Under the pieces are notes generated by a model. That model saw only the letters and a program-made list of their open reading frames with translations, was not told the DNA's origin and made no database searches. Source: Psammoneis japonica (Eukaryota). From it: a DNA stretch of 64,000 bases. The DNA is taken from assembly GCA_008632985.1 (NCBI GenBank), contig QPGO01000168.1, positions 1-64,000 on the forward strand, written 5' to 3'. This document shows, piece by piece, positions 62,065-64,000 of the stretch. Position numbers and translations under genes: made by a program. Every line of letters starts with the position of its first letter. The first letter of the stretch is position 1.

Positions 62065-63228
62065 ATGTCGTCTCCAGCACCACCGGCAAAGAAGAGAAAG
62101 AAAAATGAGACTGTTGAGCCAATGAGCCCGATGCTTCAGGCAGTGTTGAAGAGAACAGGCACGCAGGCAGCGCATGGTGCATTGAAATCAGAAGCAGAGA
62201 AGGTGGCTAGAAATGATCTCTTTCCACAGGTGAAGTTTCTCAGTCCATCAGAATTGGCAAGCAATGGGAGCGTCTCAATGTTTGTCAAGAAACAGATTGC
62301 TGGTGGCAACATGAACACTTCAAATTGGTCAGGAACTTGGGAGGAATGGGCAAAAAAGGTGGCAAAAAGGCAAATTGACAATCGCAGAAACACGGTGTGT
62401 TCGGCTGTTGGGGCGGAGGCAATGGCCCGTAAGTCAAGTGACCAATGTGTGTGGTTTGAGAGTTGCGCGCATCTCACAAGAAGATGATGGTGATGCTTTG
62501 TCCATGTGGGCATTGTCGCCAAGGAAGAGGGAAAGGAAATCAAGGCGGCAGTCAGGAGGAAAAAGCAAAACAGGAAAAAGTCAAGCCGTGACAAGAATGA
62601 AGAGAATGATGTCCCGTTTGTGCCGACATGGGATCCGTTTGGCCTGGACACTGTCACCGGCGGCAAACGAAGGAACAAGCAGGCGTGCAAGTGGTTCTGT
62701 GATCACATCCCACCTCAAACCAAGCAAAAGCAGGCATGGAGTCGCACCGTCAAAACTGGGAATGCACAGGTCTCACAGTTGTTTGCGGCAGGTGATGAAG
62801 CTTTGGCGCCATTGGCCATGGAGAATTGTTGGCAGGTGTGGGCACACAGGAACAAGGAGGAGACGGTGGAAGAATTGGGTGAGGAAATGGAGCCCGAAGA
62901 AACAAGGCCTGCCCCTCGGCACACGAAGCCAAAGAAACAACGAGAGTCTTGGGGAGACGACGGAATCATTCGGTTCAACGATTTGTGCACAGAGGTGACG
63001 AAAGACAGAGACTCCAAGGAGGGCAAGGAGTTTGAAAAGTGGCATGCGGAGATCAAGAAAAGCGAGTGCGAGAAGTCCGGAGAAGCAAAAAAGAAGAAGA
63101 AGATGGCACCGACCGGTGATGCGGAGAAGGTGAAGGCAATGAACAGCCCAGTGGTGGAGAGCAGCAGGGACGACAATGGTGATGACGATGAGCAGGAGGA
63201 AGGCACAAAAGGAAAAACAAACAACTGA
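62065..63228 (+). pseudogene. Eroded putative DNA-transposon accessory protein
   Basis: NLS-like PAKKRKK, LFPQVKFL, GDEALAPLAMENCW, WGDDGIIRFNDL; putative splice donor gtaagt at 62429; the association with transposons is recalled, not verified. Confidence 0.4.
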
Positions 63229-64000
63229 GGAGACAAATCTGATGAAGACGAGTCCAATGAAAATGAGTCCGATGATGATTGTTGGCTCAGTTTGAGAGAG
63301 TTGCAGCAAGAAAATGTGCACACAGTTGGCACAGCACTCGGTCATTGCACTGCAGATGCAACAAGGAATTGACTTGACCGATGAAATGTTTTTCTCGTTT
63401 AAAATGATGTTTGCAAAAATTGACAAACCAAGGTTTGTGTGGCAATGCAATGACGCATTGGCACATGGCAACAAGGTGGAGGCAGAAATGGTGATGTGGA
63501 CACAGTGAAAAACAGCGCACACAATTCTTGGCAAGTTGTTGCGGCGTTGGTGCACCAAACTTGCAACCAGAGGTTGGCCTGTCATCATGTGACAACAACA
63601 TTTTGCAACATTTTAACAAATTGTCATCACGCAAATCCACACATTTTTGACATTTCGTGCACTCTGATGCGTGTCTTTGTGGCGACTGCATTTGGTGCGT
63701 TTGGCTGGCGGCGACTCAGTTTCTGTGCCTGCGGGGTTTTGAGTGTGTGTCTTCGTTCGAAAAGTGATGCCATGGATTCGGGTGAAGTCTAAAGAAACAA
63801 TTAAGGTGTAGAAATGTGGCACAAACCTACAGCACGACACATGTGTCATCTACCGGCATATGCTGAGGTCAAGAAAACAAAAGAAGAAATGGCGACATAT
63901 TTTTCTCCTATGTGGCAAAACATAGAAATGTGTGACAATAATTGTTTAGATTTAAAGGGCTAAAAGGCGGACGTTGGAGTTGCTCGACAATGTTTAAGTA

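Noticed and set aside
1..63790. Classical RIP or CpG methylation decay as the cause of the TG/CA excess
   Set aside because: Both are C->T processes. RIP raises TpA, and neither converts Tyr codons to Cys/His. CpG decay is present but secondary.
1..64000. rRNA, tRNA or telomeric repeats
   Set aside because: None recognised by eye; tRNAscan-SE or Infernal would be needed to exclude them.

Overview
Eukaryotic genomic DNA, most likely from a pennate diatom (inferred from a CoDi-like Ty1/copia element, DUF6824-like and secreted Cys/Pro-rich genes, and short GT-AG introns). The window is a mosaic of two sequence states. Normal blocks (about 3.74-7.48, 20.4-24.2, 35.2-43.1, 46.1-49.9 and 53.4-54.4 kb, plus small islands) carry host genes: an SGNH-like protein, a secreted GT25 protein, a DUF6824-like protein, a secreted three-domain protein and a bacterial-type SAF oxidoreductase. 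Eroded blocks (roughly 60% of the window, estimated by eye) have lost almost all TpA dinucleotides. Conserved Tyr codons in the copia RT/RNaseH and in neighbouring host pseudogenes have become Cys or His (e.g. YVDD->CVDD), so the change is TA->TG/CA (A:T->G:C). It prefers TAY, mostly spares YTAR, runs ahead of CpG decay, has sharp borders that cut through genes, and has barely touched a young Harbinger-type MITE. This looks like a RIP-like but opposite-direction (A-to-G) repeat-targeted hypermutation process, the main candidate novel system here. A modified-base sequencing artefact must still be excluded. Counts and alignments were done by hand and family assignments rest on motif recognition, not database searches.
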